Shown here: in pieces, positions 29,821 to 39,421 of the stretch
Layout: each line of letters begins with the position of its first letter
How positions within the stretch are numbered: the stretch's first letter is position 1
NCBI GenBank assembly: GCA_016716525.1
Contig: JADJWE010000002.1
Span: 579,951-643,950 of the forward strand
Reading direction: 5' to 3'
From: Candidatus Flexicrinis affinis
GTDB taxonomy: Bacteria > Chloroflexota > Anaerolineae > Aggregatilineales > Phototrophicaceae
DNA length: 64,000 nt
Notes under the pieces: model-generated
The model's database searches: none
The model's input: the letters and a program-made list of their open reading frames with translations, nothing else
What the model was told of the DNA's origin: nothing
Translations under genes and position numbers: made by a program

Positions 29821-30741
29821 ATGGTACAGATCGGCATCATGATCGAGGGGCAGGACGGCCTGAATTGGGAACGCTGGACGCGCATCCTGCAAGCGGCGGA
29901 AGACCTCGGCTATGCGTTCGTATTCCGTTCCGACCACTTCGCATTCACCGACCCGCCGACTAAGGACTCACTCGAGCTGTGGGTGTCGCTGACGTACGCC
30001 GCGACTCTCACCAAGCGCATCGAGTTCGGGCCGATGGTGGCGCCGGTTACGTTCCGTCACCCGTCGATGACCGTACGTATGGGCGCGCAGGTCGACGATT
30101 TGAGCGGCGGGCGCTTGTCGTTGGGGCTGGGCGCGGGCTGGCACGAGGGCGAACACCGGATGTTCGGTGTGCCGTTCTACGACCGCGCCACGCGCTTCGA
30201 AATGTTCTCGGACGCGTTGGAGGTCACGCGACTGCTGTTGGACGGCGACGGACCGGCGACCTACCACGGCAAGCACTTCTCGCTCGAAAACGCCCTGCTG
30301 CTGCCCAAGCCCAAGCGCAAGACGCCGGTGCTGATCGGCGGCAATGGGCCGAACAAGACTCTGCCGCTGGTGGCGCGTTATGCCGACGAGTGGAACGGCG
30401 TGTTCATCAACCCGTCCACTTACCGCGAGCGGAACGCCCGCTTGAACGACCTGCTCGCCGAGCGCGGGCGGCCCGAAAGCGCGATCAAGCGGTCGATCAT
30501 GACCCGCGTCGAGTATGCGCGCGATGCGTCCGAGCTGGCAGCGCGCGTGAATGCCGCAGGGCGGAGCCAAGCCGAGCTGGTCGAGCACGGCCTGATTGTC
30601 GGCACCGCGTCGCAAATCGTCGACCAGATCGGCGCGTTTGCCGATGCCGGCGTGCAGCGGTTCATGCTGCAGTGGCTCGATCAGGACGACATCGACCGGC
30701 TTGAGCACATGGCGACCCACGTACTACCTCAACTGCACTAA
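29821..30741 (+). CDS. LLM-class (luciferase-like) flavin-dependent oxidoreductase, probably F420-dependent
   Basis: 306 aa beginning 'MVQIGIMIEGQDGLNWERW' with 'LSGGRLSLGLGAGW', typical of the F420-dependent LLM subgroup. Assignment of the cofactor is by inference. Confidence 0.7.
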   Translation: MVQIGIMIEGQDGLNWERWTRILQAAEDLGYAFVFRSDHFAFTDPPTKDSLELWVSLTYAATLTKRIEFGPMVAPVTFRHPSMTVRMGAQVDDLSGGRLSLGLGAGWHEGEHRMFGVPFYDRATRFEMFSDALEVTRLLLDGDGPATYHGKHFSLENALLLPKPKRKTPVLIGGNGPNKTLPLVARYADEWNGVFINPSTYRERNARLNDLLAERGRPESAIKRSIMTRVEYARDASELAARVNAAGRSQAELVEHGLIVGTASQIVDQIGAFADAGVQRFMLQWLDQDDIDRLEHMATHVLPQLH

Positions 30742-30745
30742 CCAA

Positions 30746-30772
30746 AGTGCCCCCTCAGGTCGAGGGGGCACT
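30746..30772. terminator. Bidirectional intrinsic-terminator-like hairpin between convergent genes
   Basis: agtgccccctc / aggtc / gagggggcact is a perfect 11-bp stem. It sits between the LLM stop (30741) and the YeaQ stop (30799). Confidence 0.5.
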
Positions 30773-30798
30773 CTCTATTACGGTACGGGTTCAGTGCG

Positions 30799-31056
30799 CT
30801 ATGCGCGTCGCAGGAACCTGACTGCCGCGATCACGATAATCGCGCCGATAGTTGCCGTGACGATGTGTAAGACGCTCAGGCCGGTTGTCTCGAAATCGGT
30901 GCCGGTCAACAGGCCAATAACCCAGCCGCCGACGAAGCTGCCGACGATTCCGAGGATGATGTTCATAATGAGGCCCTGCGGGTTGCCCATGATCATGCCA
31001 GCAAGCCAACCAGCGATGGCGCCAACGACGATCCAAACGAGGATATTCACCAACAT
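30799..31056 (-). CDS. GlsB/YeaQ/YmgE-family (transglycosylase-associated) small membrane protein
   Basis: 85 aa with three TM helices and glycine-zipper motifs (GAIAGWLAG, GIVGSFVGGWVIG). Confidence 0.75.
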   Translation of the reverse strand: MLVNILVWIVVGAIAGWLAGMIMGNPQGLIMNIILGIVGSFVGGWVIGLLTGTDFETTGLSVLHIVTATIGAIIVIAAVRFLRRA

Positions 31057-31182
31057 GCTGCCATCTCCTAAGTCTGCGCGACGGCGTCACCAACACCGTC
31101 AACGGTAGCGTATCTCAAATGTACCGCAGCGGTGACCGGCCAGTAATCAGCCAGTCGACCCATACTGCCTTACCCGAGATGG

Positions 31183-31224
31183 CCCAAAACTGCATAGGCC
31201 CGTTCGTTTCTGAACGGGCCTATC
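31183..31224 (-). terminator. Intrinsic terminator of the nfeD-flotillin operon
   Basis: ataggcccgttc / gtttct / gaacgggcctat is a perfect 12-bp stem, followed on the minus strand by gcaguuuuggg. It lies 11 nt after the flotillin stop. Confidence 0.55.
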
Positions 31225-31234
31225 GTGCTCTGAA

Positions 31235-32767
31235 CTATGCCTCCGGCGCCGGATCGTCAGGGCGCAGCGGCGCGGGCGACGGCGTGAGGTTCGCGCCGGT
31301 TCCCGCCGTACGGATAGCGTTGAACATACCGGCGATGCGCAGCGCAGTCTGCTCGATGTCGTCCCCGCTGAGCGCCTCGACTTTGGCGCGCAGCACCTCG
31401 GCCGCTTCCGGGATGCCCATCAGGAAGTCCATGAACGTGCTGCCGGACCCACCGTTCGAGCCATTCCCGAAGTTGACCATCCGGACATTGTTACCCAGTC
31501 CGGCCAGTGCCTTCGAGATGGCCTCGGCCTTGGCGATCTCTGCATGCGTCACCTGCTCGATCAAGAACTGGCGCAGGTTGATCTCGCCTTCCGCGCTGCT
31601 GGCAGCGGCCAGTTCGCGCCGGCCCTCGGCTTCGGCGAGCAGCTTGGCCTTGTCGCCTTCCGCCTCGGCCAGCTTATGGGCCTGAACGGCTTCTGCTTGC
31701 GCCTTCTGACCGGCAGCCTCGGCCTCTTTCATGGCACGAAGCGCGTCGGCTTCGGCACGGCTGCGATCCTGCGTGGCCTTCGCTTCGGCCTCAGCGCGGA
31801 TGCGCGTAGCTTCCGCGGTTGCCTGTGCGCCGATGCGGGTCGCCTCGGCATTGGCTGTCGCCTCGATCGTCGCTTTCTGACGCGCAGCCTCGGCCTCGAT
31901 CTCGGTCGCCTGCCGCTTGGCGCGCGCCGGGACCAGCACTTCGGCTTCCTGCTGCTGCTCGACCGCGAGCGCCTTCTGCTTCTGCACTTCCTGCTCGGAC
32001 GCGGCGTTTGCCAAGCCGACGCGCTTCTGCACTTCGACCTCGCGGATGTTCAACGCCTCGCGCTGGGCGAGAATTTCGCGCAGCGAGTCCAGCTCCGCCT
32101 GCTCCGCCGTCCGGCGGGCGTCGGCGGATTTGACGCGGGCCTCGCGCTCGGCCTCCGCTTCCGCGATCTGCGCATCGCGCTTGATCGCCGCGATCTGCGG
32201 AGCGGCCATCGCCGTCAGATAGCCTTGATCGTCCGTGATCTCCTCGATGCCCATCGACAGCATCTTAATGCCCATCGCGGCCATGTCGTCACGGGCGAGG
32301 TCCTGCACCTTCTGCACGAACGAGTCGCGGTCGCGGTGAATCTCCTCGACGCTGAGCTGGCCGACGATCGCGCGGAAGTTGGCACTCAGCGTCTCGGCGA
32401 TGATCTGCCGCACCTCCTCGCGCGTCTTATCGAGGAACGCCCGCGCAGCCGTGCGCAGCGCGGTCTCCTCGGGGTCGATCTGCACCTGCGCGACCCAGTC
32501 GAGCTTGATCGGCACGCCGCGCTCGGTGTAGACCTCGTCCTTTTCCTGCTTGATGGTAATGATCGTAATGTCCAGTTTCTTGTACGTCTCGAGCAGCGGG
32601 ACGACGAACACGCCGCCGTTGGTAATCATGCGCGCGTTCTGGCGGCCGTAGACCACCATGACCTCGCTGGGTGGAACGCGGTGGTACTGACGCGTGATCA
32701 AGGTGATCAACGCGATGACGACCACCAGTACGACTGCACCGACAATCAACAGACCAGAACCTTCCAT
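31235..32767 (-). CDS. Flotillin-family SPFH/band-7 protein
   Basis: N-terminal TM segment, an SPFH domain, then a long Ala/Glu/Gln-rich coiled-coil (flotillin repeat region). It is paired with an NfeD gene. Probable start is MEGSGLL at 32767. Confidence 0.8.
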   Translation of the reverse strand: MEGSGLLIVGAVVLVVVIALITLITRQYHRVPPSEVMVVYGRQNARMITNGGVFVVPLLETYKKLDITIITIKQEKDEVYTERGVPIKLDWVAQVQIDPEETALRTAARAFLDKTREEVRQIIAETLSANFRAIVGQLSVEEIHRDRDSFVQKVQDLARDDMAAMGIKMLSMGIEEITDDQGYLTAMAAPQIAAIKRDAQIAEAEAEREARVKSADARRTAEQAELDSLREILAQREALNIREVEVQKRVGLANAASEQEVQKQKALAVEQQQEAEVLVPARAKRQATEIEAEAARQKATIEATANAEATRIGAQATAEATRIRAEAEAKATQDRSRAEADALRAMKEAEAAGQKAQAEAVQAHKLAEAEGDKAKLLAEAEGRRELAAASSAEGEINLRQFLIEQVTHAEIAKAEAISKALAGLGNNVRMVNFGNGSNGGSGSTFMDFLMGIPEAAEVLRAKVEALSGDDIEQTALRIAGMFNAIRTAGTGANLTPSPAPLRPDDPAPEA

Positions 32768-32894
32768 CGCACCCCTCCTACCGTCCCTGTGCCACACGGC
32801 ACCGATTAACGAAATGTGGTTTGCAGCGAACCCGTACCCCTGCGTCTCCAGCGATGGGAACCTGCCGACCTATTCGACAGTATTGCGCGTCGTC

Positions 32895-32975
32895 TAGCCC
32901 GGGCGACCCGGCAGGTCACCCCTACACATCAGCGATAGGCGTGACTGACAACTGTCTACTGACTCCTGAACCTGC
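32895..32975 (-). repeat. Composite intergenic repeat, copy 2 (modules M1+M2), inserted between nfeD and the flotillin gene
   Basis: Minus-strand reading after the nfeD stop: 'gttcaggagtcagtagacagttgtcagtc' (M1), then 'tgtaggggtgacctgccgggtcgcccgggc' (M2). Confidence 0.65.
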
Positions 32976-32977
32976 CC

Positions 32978-33487
32978 TTACCCATTCTTCTTCTTCACAT
33001 ACAGCAGCCCGCTTTCGACATTGACGACTTCGACGATGTCGCCGCGATGCAGCGCCACGCCGTTGACCTCTTTCACGGCCGAGCGCGTGACGAACGCACC
33101 GCTCTCGATCATCGCCTCGCCGGTCTTGCCGGGGGCGCTCTCGATGGTGACGCGCGCACTCATACCGATCAGCTCGCGCTGGACCGGGATACTGTCGGTC
33201 GTCTGCTGGCGCATCACCCACCGCAGCACGAAGATCGCGGCCTTGCCGATCGTGTAACCGAACACCGCTGCCACAAGGACAGTGACCAGCACCGACCACC
33301 CTGACGACGTGCCGAGCAAGCCCATTGCCCCGAAACCGGAGCAGAACGCCGCGATCAGCAGGAGCGTGAAATCGCCGTCCCCGCCGTCGCCCGAATCGGT
33401 GACGTCGCCGAAGAAGATGCTGAAGACGAAATAACCGGTGCCGACCAGCATGAAAGCACCGAACACCCACGGAAGGATGCCGCTCAT
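32978..33487 (-). CDS. NfeD-family membrane protein (flotillin partner)
   Basis: 169 aa with N-terminal TM helices and a C-terminal beta-barrel-like soluble part. It sits upstream of the flotillin gene on the same strand. Confidence 0.7.
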   Translation of the reverse strand: MSGILPWVFGAFMLVGTGYFVFSIFFGDVTDSGDGGDGDFTLLLIAAFCSGFGAMGLLGTSSGWSVLVTVLVAAVFGYTIGKAAIFVLRWVMRQQTTDSIPVQRELIGMSARVTIESAPGKTGEAMIESGAFVTRSAVKEVNGVALHRGDIVEVVNVESGLLYVKKKNG

Positions 33488-33662
33488 GTTTCTCCTCCCT
33501 GCCTCACCAAACGTAATGCCTATATTGTATGGGGAAATGTGTTTCGCCGCGCGTCAACGCGTGCCGCATCCCCAACGCCTGGGGATGTGGCCCAAACCGC
33601 GCGATTTAGACTACACTGGAAACACGGCGAACCGGGATGATGTTCATGAATGGGAGGCAGAC

Positions 33663-34742
33663 GTGCCTGACCGTGTCATTACTGATATTCGCCAGATTAC
33701 CCCGGAGCGACTCACCGAAATACTGCGCCGAGACGGTGCGCTGCAGCAAGGCGAGGTCACCGCGCTCGACATGAACGTCAACGAGCGAGAACTCTCGACC
33801 GGCGTCAAGCTGGGTGTCACCTACTCCACCGATGCCCGCGGCACCCTACCCCGCAAGCTGTTCCTCAAGCTGGTCAACGCACAGGTTGACGAGGACGAGT
33901 ATTTCGGCCCGTCCGAGGTCGACTACTACGTGCGCGACTACGTCGGCGTCGAAGGCGTTCCGATCCCGCACTGCTACGACGGCGCGTATTCGGCGGCGCT
34001 GCACCGCTATCACATCCTACTCGATGATCTGTCCGACACGCACATGCCTTCGTACGAACGCGCGCCGACGCTGGAACACGGCTTCGCGCTGGCGGATGCC
34101 ATGGCCGCGCTGCACGCGCCGTATTGGGGCGCGGCGCGTCTTGAGGCCGCCGGAGCACTGATTCACGATGCCTCCCACGTTCGCCGCTATGCCGAGATCG
34201 CACTGGCCGGGTCGGAGTTCATCATCGAGGGCTGCGCCGATCAGCTTGCAGCCCACTGGCCGGCGCTGATCCGCGACACGTTCGCGCGCCATCCGCAGGC
34301 ATTGGTCGAGCGTTCGGCCGATCTGAACGGGTTCACACTCATCCACGGCGACGCAAACCTGTCCAACATCTTGATCCCGCGCGACGGCGACCGGCCGCTG
34401 TATGTCGTCGATCGACAGCCATTCGATTGGGGCCTGACGACGTGGCTGGGCGTCTACGATCTGGCCTACACGATGGTGCTGAAGTGGGATACGCAACTGC
34501 GCCGCGAGTTCGAACAGCCAGTGCTGGCGCGCTACCACGCCCAGTTGATCGAGCGCGGCGTGGTCGATTACGGGTGGGATCAACTGTGGTCAGACTACCG
34601 GCTGTGCATCCCGATCTGCGTGTATGTGGCGACCGAGTGGTGCCGGACCGAACTGCGCCGGGACACGATGGAATGGTGGATGCCGATGCTGCAGCGGACG
34701 CTGACCGCAATGGACGACCACGATTGCGCGGCGCTGTACTAG
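33663..34742 (+). CDS. Aminoglycoside/choline-kinase-like phosphotransferase (APH-fold small-molecule kinase)
   Basis: Brenner motif 'LIHGDANLSNILI' and 'VVDRQPFDWGL' (the D-x-D/E region). Start reassigned to a GTG at 33663 with a GGGAGG RBS. The upstream part of the track ORF overlaps nfeD and is rejected. Confidence 0.6.
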   Translation: MPDRVITDIRQITPERLTEILRRDGALQQGEVTALDMNVNERELSTGVKLGVTYSTDARGTLPRKLFLKLVNAQVDEDEYFGPSEVDYYVRDYVGVEGVPIPHCYDGAYSAALHRYHILLDDLSDTHMPSYERAPTLEHGFALADAMAALHAPYWGAARLEAAGALIHDASHVRRYAEIALAGSEFIIEGCADQLAAHWPALIRDTFARHPQALVERSADLNGFTLIHGDANLSNILIPRDGDRPLYVVDRQPFDWGLTTWLGVYDLAYTMVLKWDTQLRREFEQPVLARYHAQLIERGVVDYGWDQLWSDYRLCIPICVYVATEWCRTELRRDTMEWWMPMLQRTLTAMDDHDCAALY

Positions 34743-34803
34743 CGGAACCAGCCCGACGCGCTAGACTCGACGTGTGTTGTCATCGCAGAAATCGGAGGGC
34801 GCC

Positions 34804-36669
34804 ATGAAGATAGACGGTATTTGGTTCAAGGACGACGAGGGCCGCCGGCTCATCCTGCGCGGCGCGAACCTGAGCGGCGCGACGAAGGTACCCGTCACGC
34901 CAAACGGTGCGACCTATCGCAGTGAGGGGTTCTTCAACGGGCGAGACGTGTCGTTCGTGGGCCGCCCCTTCCCGCTCGACGAGGCCGACGAGCACTTCAC
35001 GCGGCTAAAGGCGTGGGGCATGACGTTCCTGCGCCTCCTCATTACGTGGGAGGCCATCGAACACGCCGGACCCAGGCAGTACGACGAAGCCTATCTCGAT
35101 TACCTGCGCGCGGTCGTCCAGAAGGCCGGCGAGCACGGAATCGACGTATTCATCGACCCGCATCAGGACGTGTGGAGCCGTTGGACGGGCGGTGACGGCG
35201 CGCCCTCATGGACGTTCGACGCCGTCGGTATCGACATCGCCAAGCTGCACACGACCGGCGCGGCGATCAATCACCAGACGCACGGCGACCCGTTCCCGCG
35301 CATGATCTGGCCGAGCAACTACTCACGCCTCGGCGCGGGCACGATGTTCACACTGTTCTTCGGCGGGAACGACTTTGCGCCCGCCACGCAGGTCGACGGC
35401 GTGCCCGTGCAGGAGTACTTGCAGGGTCACTATATCGACGCCGTCAAACAGGTCGCGGAACGCCTGAAGGACCTGCCAAACGTCGTCGGCTACGACAGCC
35501 TGAACGAACCGGGCCCGGGCTACCTCGGGATTCAGGATGTCGGCGCGCCGTACCCCGGCCTGCTGCAGATGGGGCCGATGCCGACACCGTTCCAGTCGAT
35601 GCTGCTGGCATCCGGCTACCCGCAGGACGTCCCCGTCTTCGAAATGGGATTCGAGGGCGCCAAGCAGGTCGACACCGTGCGCATCAATCCGAACAGCGTG
35701 AGCCTGTGGAAGTCAGGATACACCTGCGTGTGGAAGCAGAACGGCGTGTGGGATGACGCGGGCGGGTCGCCGGTCGTTCTGCGTGCGGACCACTTCGCGC
35801 GCAAGCCCGACGGCAGCGCGGTCGACCCGATCCACGACTACATGAAGCCGTTCATGATCCGGTTCATCCACGAGATCCGTCAGGTCGACCCGCGCGCGTT
35901 CCTGTTCCTCGAAGGCGCGCCGGCCACGCCGCACCCCAAGTGGGGTCCGGACGACCCCGGCAACGCGGTCAACGCGGCCCACTGGTACGACTCGTTGACC
36001 CTGTTTCTCAAGACGTTCTCGGACGAGTTCACCGTCGATATCGAGACGCGCCAGCCGGTCTTCGGGCCGGAGAACGTGCAAGCGCTGTTCGTCCAACAGC
36101 TCGCGCACGTCAAAGACGCCAACATCCCGACCGTGGTCGGCGAGTTCGGTGTGCCGTTCGACCTCGACGACAAGTCGGCGTATCGCAGCGGTGACTTCTC
36201 GGTGCAGACCGCCGCGCTCGATATGTACTACAACGCAATGGACGCCAACCTGCTCAACTGCACGATCTGGAACTACACGCCGGACAACTCCAACGAGCGC
36301 GGCGACTTGTGGAACGACGAAGACCTGTCGATCTTCAGCCGCGATCAGCAGGACAAGCCGTGGCAAGACGATGTTCACGCCGGCGGGCGCGGCCTGAACG
36401 CGATCGTGCGCCCGTATGCGCGTAGGACGGCGGGCGATCCGGTGTCGATGCACTTCGACCTGCACACGCGCCGGTTCGAGTTCACGTACAGGCCTGACCC
36501 GGCGGTGACGGCTCCGACCGAGATCTTTGTGCCGTCGTTTCAATATCCAAACGGGGTAAAGGTCGACGCAGGCGGCGGGACGTTCGACTACGACGCCGAT
36601 GCACAGGTGCTACGCGTCACGGCCCCCGCCGGGCCGGAGACGCACACCGTCGTGGTGACCTCCGCCTAA
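34804..36669 (+). CDS. Glycoside hydrolase family 5 protein with a C-terminal accessory domain
   Basis: 'LRLLITWEAIEH' and the catalytic 'YDSLNEPGPG' (NEP acid/base) motif. N-terminal 'GRRLILRGANLSG' resembles the endoglycoceramidase/glucosylceramidase-like GH5 subgroup; that subgroup assignment is weak. Start is the ATG at 34804 with a GGAGGG RBS. Confidence 0.65.
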   Translation: MKIDGIWFKDDEGRRLILRGANLSGATKVPVTPNGATYRSEGFFNGRDVSFVGRPFPLDEADEHFTRLKAWGMTFLRLLITWEAIEHAGPRQYDEAYLDYLRAVVQKAGEHGIDVFIDPHQDVWSRWTGGDGAPSWTFDAVGIDIAKLHTTGAAINHQTHGDPFPRMIWPSNYSRLGAGTMFTLFFGGNDFAPATQVDGVPVQEYLQGHYIDAVKQVAERLKDLPNVVGYDSLNEPGPGYLGIQDVGAPYPGLLQMGPMPTPFQSMLLASGYPQDVPVFEMGFEGAKQVDTVRINPNSVSLWKSGYTCVWKQNGVWDDAGGSPVVLRADHFARKPDGSAVDPIHDYMKPFMIRFIHEIRQVDPRAFLFLEGAPATPHPKWGPDDPGNAVNAAHWYDSLTLFLKTFSDEFTVDIETRQPVFGPENVQALFVQQLAHVKDANIPTVVGEFGVPFDLDDKSAYRSGDFSVQTAALDMYYNAMDANLLNCTIWNYTPDNSNERGDLWNDEDLSIFSRDQQDKPWQDDVHAGGRGLNAIVRPYARRTAGDPVSMHFDLHTRRFEFTYRPDPAVTAPTEIFVPSFQYPNGVKVDAGGGTFDYDADAQVLRVTAPAGPETHTVVVTSA

Positions 36670-36671
36670 CG

Positions 36672-37940
36672 ATGCTGACCGTCGATCGGATCACGGCACG
36701 GCGGTTCATTCTCGGCAAGCAGGGCCTATGGCCCGGGCGGCGCTGGCGCGGGACTGACGGCACCGAGCAGGCCATGCGCGATATCGAATACCTTCAGCTT
36801 GACCCGCTGCAGGTCATCGCGCGCAGTCAGGACATTGCGCTGCACAGCCGCGTGTTCGATTACGCGCCGGAACAGTGGCAAGATGCGGCGTACGGCCAGC
36901 GCCAGTTCTTCGACTGGGGCGGTTGGTTGGCGACCCGGCCGATGAGCGACCTGCCGTATTGGCGGGTCGTCATGCAGCGCGAACGCGACGGCCATCCCGA
37001 CTGCGACAATCGGGTTCGCAAGATGGGCGTGGAACACGCGGAGGCCATCGCCGAAGTGCGCGAGCTGTTGCGAGAGCGCGGCACATTGACCAACCGTGAC
37101 TTCGACGCATCGGCGCGCAAGAAGACCCAGAGCTATCGCGGGCGCAAAGACAGCGCGTTGGCGTTGTATTACCTGTGGCGCGTCGGCGAAGTGATGACGC
37201 ACCACCGCGAGGGATTCGAGCGCGTATATGCGCTGGCTGAGGCGGTCGCACCGGCCCACTATCTGCACGAACGCGACCCCGCCGAAGTCGACCGCTTTCT
37301 GATCAAGAAGGACATCAGCTTCGAGGGTATCTCACGGCTGAGCCGGACGGCAGACTCGTACTTCCGCGGGGTCCCGTTCAGCCAGAAGAAGCCGATCGTC
37401 GACGACCTGCTGACCACCGGAGACATCACGGAGGTCAAGGTCGAAGGCTTGAAGCCCACGTACTACGTGCTTGCCGAAGATGTCGAACTCATCGAAGCGG
37501 TAGCGGCAGGACGCATCCCGCAGTCGTGGGAACCGATCGAGACGACCACGCAGGAGGAAGTCTCGTTTCTGGCGCCGCTCGACCCGACAATTGCGCGTGG
37601 GCGCGCCAAGGAGTTGTTCGGTTTTGACTATGTGTGGGAGGTGTACAAGCCGGCCGACAAGCGCATCTACGGCTACTACACGCTGCCGATCCTGTGGGGT
37701 GACAACCTCGTCGCGCGGTTCGACAGCAGGTTCGATCGTGCCGCTGACACGTTTACCATCCTCGGTTTCTGGTTGGAGGACGACGGTCTCGCCAGCAACG
37801 ACGCGTTCGTCGAAGCGTTAGCGCGCGGATTTTCGCGCTTTGTGGCGTTCCTCGGCGCGGCCAAGTTCGATAGCAGCGCGATTGTCGATCCGGTGCTGCG
37901 TCGCCGCCTCGGGAGTCAACGCCCACGCCAACGCTCGTAA
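36672..37940 (+). CDS. Winged-helix DNA-binding protein, YcaQ/AlkZ-like (DUF1006)
   Basis: About 420 aa. The general layout and conserved QxD/HTH-like segments fit the crosslink-glycosylase YcaQ family. This is a family-level guess only. Confidence 0.45.
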   Translation: MLTVDRITARRFILGKQGLWPGRRWRGTDGTEQAMRDIEYLQLDPLQVIARSQDIALHSRVFDYAPEQWQDAAYGQRQFFDWGGWLATRPMSDLPYWRVVMQRERDGHPDCDNRVRKMGVEHAEAIAEVRELLRERGTLTNRDFDASARKKTQSYRGRKDSALALYYLWRVGEVMTHHREGFERVYALAEAVAPAHYLHERDPAEVDRFLIKKDISFEGISRLSRTADSYFRGVPFSQKKPIVDDLLTTGDITEVKVEGLKPTYYVLAEDVELIEAVAAGRIPQSWEPIETTTQEEVSFLAPLDPTIARGRAKELFGFDYVWEVYKPADKRIYGYYTLPILWGDNLVARFDSRFDRAADTFTILGFWLEDDGLASNDAFVEALARGFSRFVAFLGAAKFDSSAIVDPVLRRRLGSQRPRQRS

Positions 37941-37950
37941 CAACACGTTA

Positions 37951-37978
37951 GTTGACAGAAAAAAAAAACGCGATATAG
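37951..37978 (+). promoter_or_regulatory. Sigma-70-type promoter candidate: consensus -35 TTGACA, a 16-nt spacer made of an A10 tract, and -10 TATAGA
   Basis: ttgaca gaaaaaaaaaacgcga tataga sits 38 nt upstream of the first gene of the low-G+C islet. Confidence 0.5.
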
Positions 37979-38015
37979 ACTGTGGTCATCAGTCCATTAG
38001 TGCTGGTGGTGGATC

Positions 38016-38864
38016 ATGACCCTACGCGTCCGGATCGCGGTTCTGTGCGTGCTGATCTGTGCCATCGCCTTACCGGCAGTAGCGCAAGACCCGCCCATAC
38101 TGTCTCCCCAGTCTAAACTGACCCGCGAGCAGCGGGAACGAAAGCTAGAAATCATTCGAGAGGTCCGTCAGGCCTATTTCGCGCAGTTTCGGACCCGAAC
38201 CGCAGCGGACTACAACCTCGTTTATATCGTTGGCCCGGCCCTGCTTGAGGACACAGCCTCATACGTTGCGGTCAACATACTGCAGGACAATATCCCCAAT
38301 CTCGTCGTCGTAGCGTCAGGGAGCGACTTCGAGAGGTTGGCGGAGAACGATTGGACACGCTTCGACTCGATTGTCATACACCGCTCGGCGTTGGAGTGGC
38401 TGGACGCCGAATCTATTCAACGCGCCTACGCGCGGGGTATCGCTGTAACGACGTTGGGAATGCGTTTCGAGGAGCACGCTGCGCTGACTGGCGATCGGTG
38501 TTCGCTGCCTGCGACGCGAGGAGACCCGCTGCTTAACGATCCCCGAAATCCTCCCAAGCCGGGGGATCTCGGTGTCATTGTTTCGTGGCACAGACTTCGG
38601 GCCAATTCCTTATTGGCTGCACAACTCGCGTCACTGAATCGTGATGTTCTCTCGTCCTGCAAAGACGAACAGATAGAACTCGACGGCGTGCGTGTAGGCG
38701 TTTCATCAGCGTCTTGGCTGCACGAAGTGCGTTCTGCCGGCGATCTGGAAGCACTAGTTGTATTGGTGACAAACGGCGCGGTTACTCTCGAGGCATTTCA
38801 GGGCCGAGCTGAACTTGAAAGCGAGATCAACCTTCGACTGGCTCAAGAGGGATTACTCGAATGA
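38016..38864 (+). CDS. Hypothetical secreted protein in a low-G+C islet
   Basis: Signal peptide MTLRVRIAVLCVLICAIALPAVAQ. I recognise no family. Codon usage is visibly less GC3-rich than in neighbouring genes. Confidence 0.5.
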   Translation: MTLRVRIAVLCVLICAIALPAVAQDPPILSPQSKLTREQRERKLEIIREVRQAYFAQFRTRTAADYNLVYIVGPALLEDTASYVAVNILQDNIPNLVVVASGSDFERLAENDWTRFDSIVIHRSALEWLDAESIQRAYARGIAVTTLGMRFEEHAALTGDRCSLPATRGDPLLNDPRNPPKPGDLGVIVSWHRLRANSLLAAQLASLNRDVLSSCKDEQIELDGVRVGVSSASWLHEVRSAGDLEALVVLVTNGAVTLEAFQGRAELESEINLRLAQEGLLE

Positions 38865-39421
38865 CAAACTGGATCTGGGCTCTCCGCTCTCTAGTGCGAC
38901 TTGCTGTTCTGATTTGCCTAGCCGGGAGTGTATTCGCAGGAAGCTGGTTCACCGATCTCGACTTCTGTTTTGGGCCAAACAATTCTACGGTACTGTGCGT
39001 ACCCAATGCAGGGTTTGTACCAATGCACACTCGAGCGGGCTACTATGCGCCGCCCATTGATTACGTTCCGATTTCCTCAACTTGGACTGATTATCTCAGC
39101 GTGCCTGAGATCAGGGCAAGAGCACGGACATGGGACCTGTATCACTGTCTTCCGGACTTCACGTTGAAAGGCGACGACGTGGATACGAGCTATGTTGACG
39201 TAGAAGAGGCCACATTGCTTCCGGGCGTTGACTTGATTCTGCAAGACCATGATTACTTCACTTCGAAGCACAGAATCGTGTTTAATCCGACGATCTACAA
39301 ACTGAAGGCCTATAGTAGCGCGAACGGCATATATAGCTCCAAAGCGTGGTGGGATGGTTCCGCGCACAAGCCTGAGCCAACATGCTCCCTGACGTTTCCA
39401 CCACCACCTGACGACGATTGA
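38861..39421 (+). CDS. Hypothetical secreted protein in a low-G+C islet, Cys-containing with a Pro/Asp tail
   Basis: ATGA-coupled to the previous gene. The N-terminus has signal-peptide character, and the protein ends with PPPPDDD. Confidence 0.5.
   Translation: MTNWIWALRSLVRLAVLICLAGSVFAGSWFTDLDFCFGPNNSTVLCVPNAGFVPMHTRAGYYAPPIDYVPISSTWTDYLSVPEIRARARTWDLYHCLPDFTLKGDDVDTSYVDVEEATLLPGVDLILQDHDYFTSKHRIVFNPTIYKLKAYSSANGIYSSKAWWDGSAHKPEPTCSLTFPPPPDDD

Noticed and set aside
33438-33662. The 5' 75 codons of the 33438..34742 ORF as part of the kinase gene.
   Set aside because: This segment overlaps the nfeD coding sequence on the opposite strand and has poor coding character. A GTG at 33663 with a GGGAGG RBS gives a protein of typical APH length.
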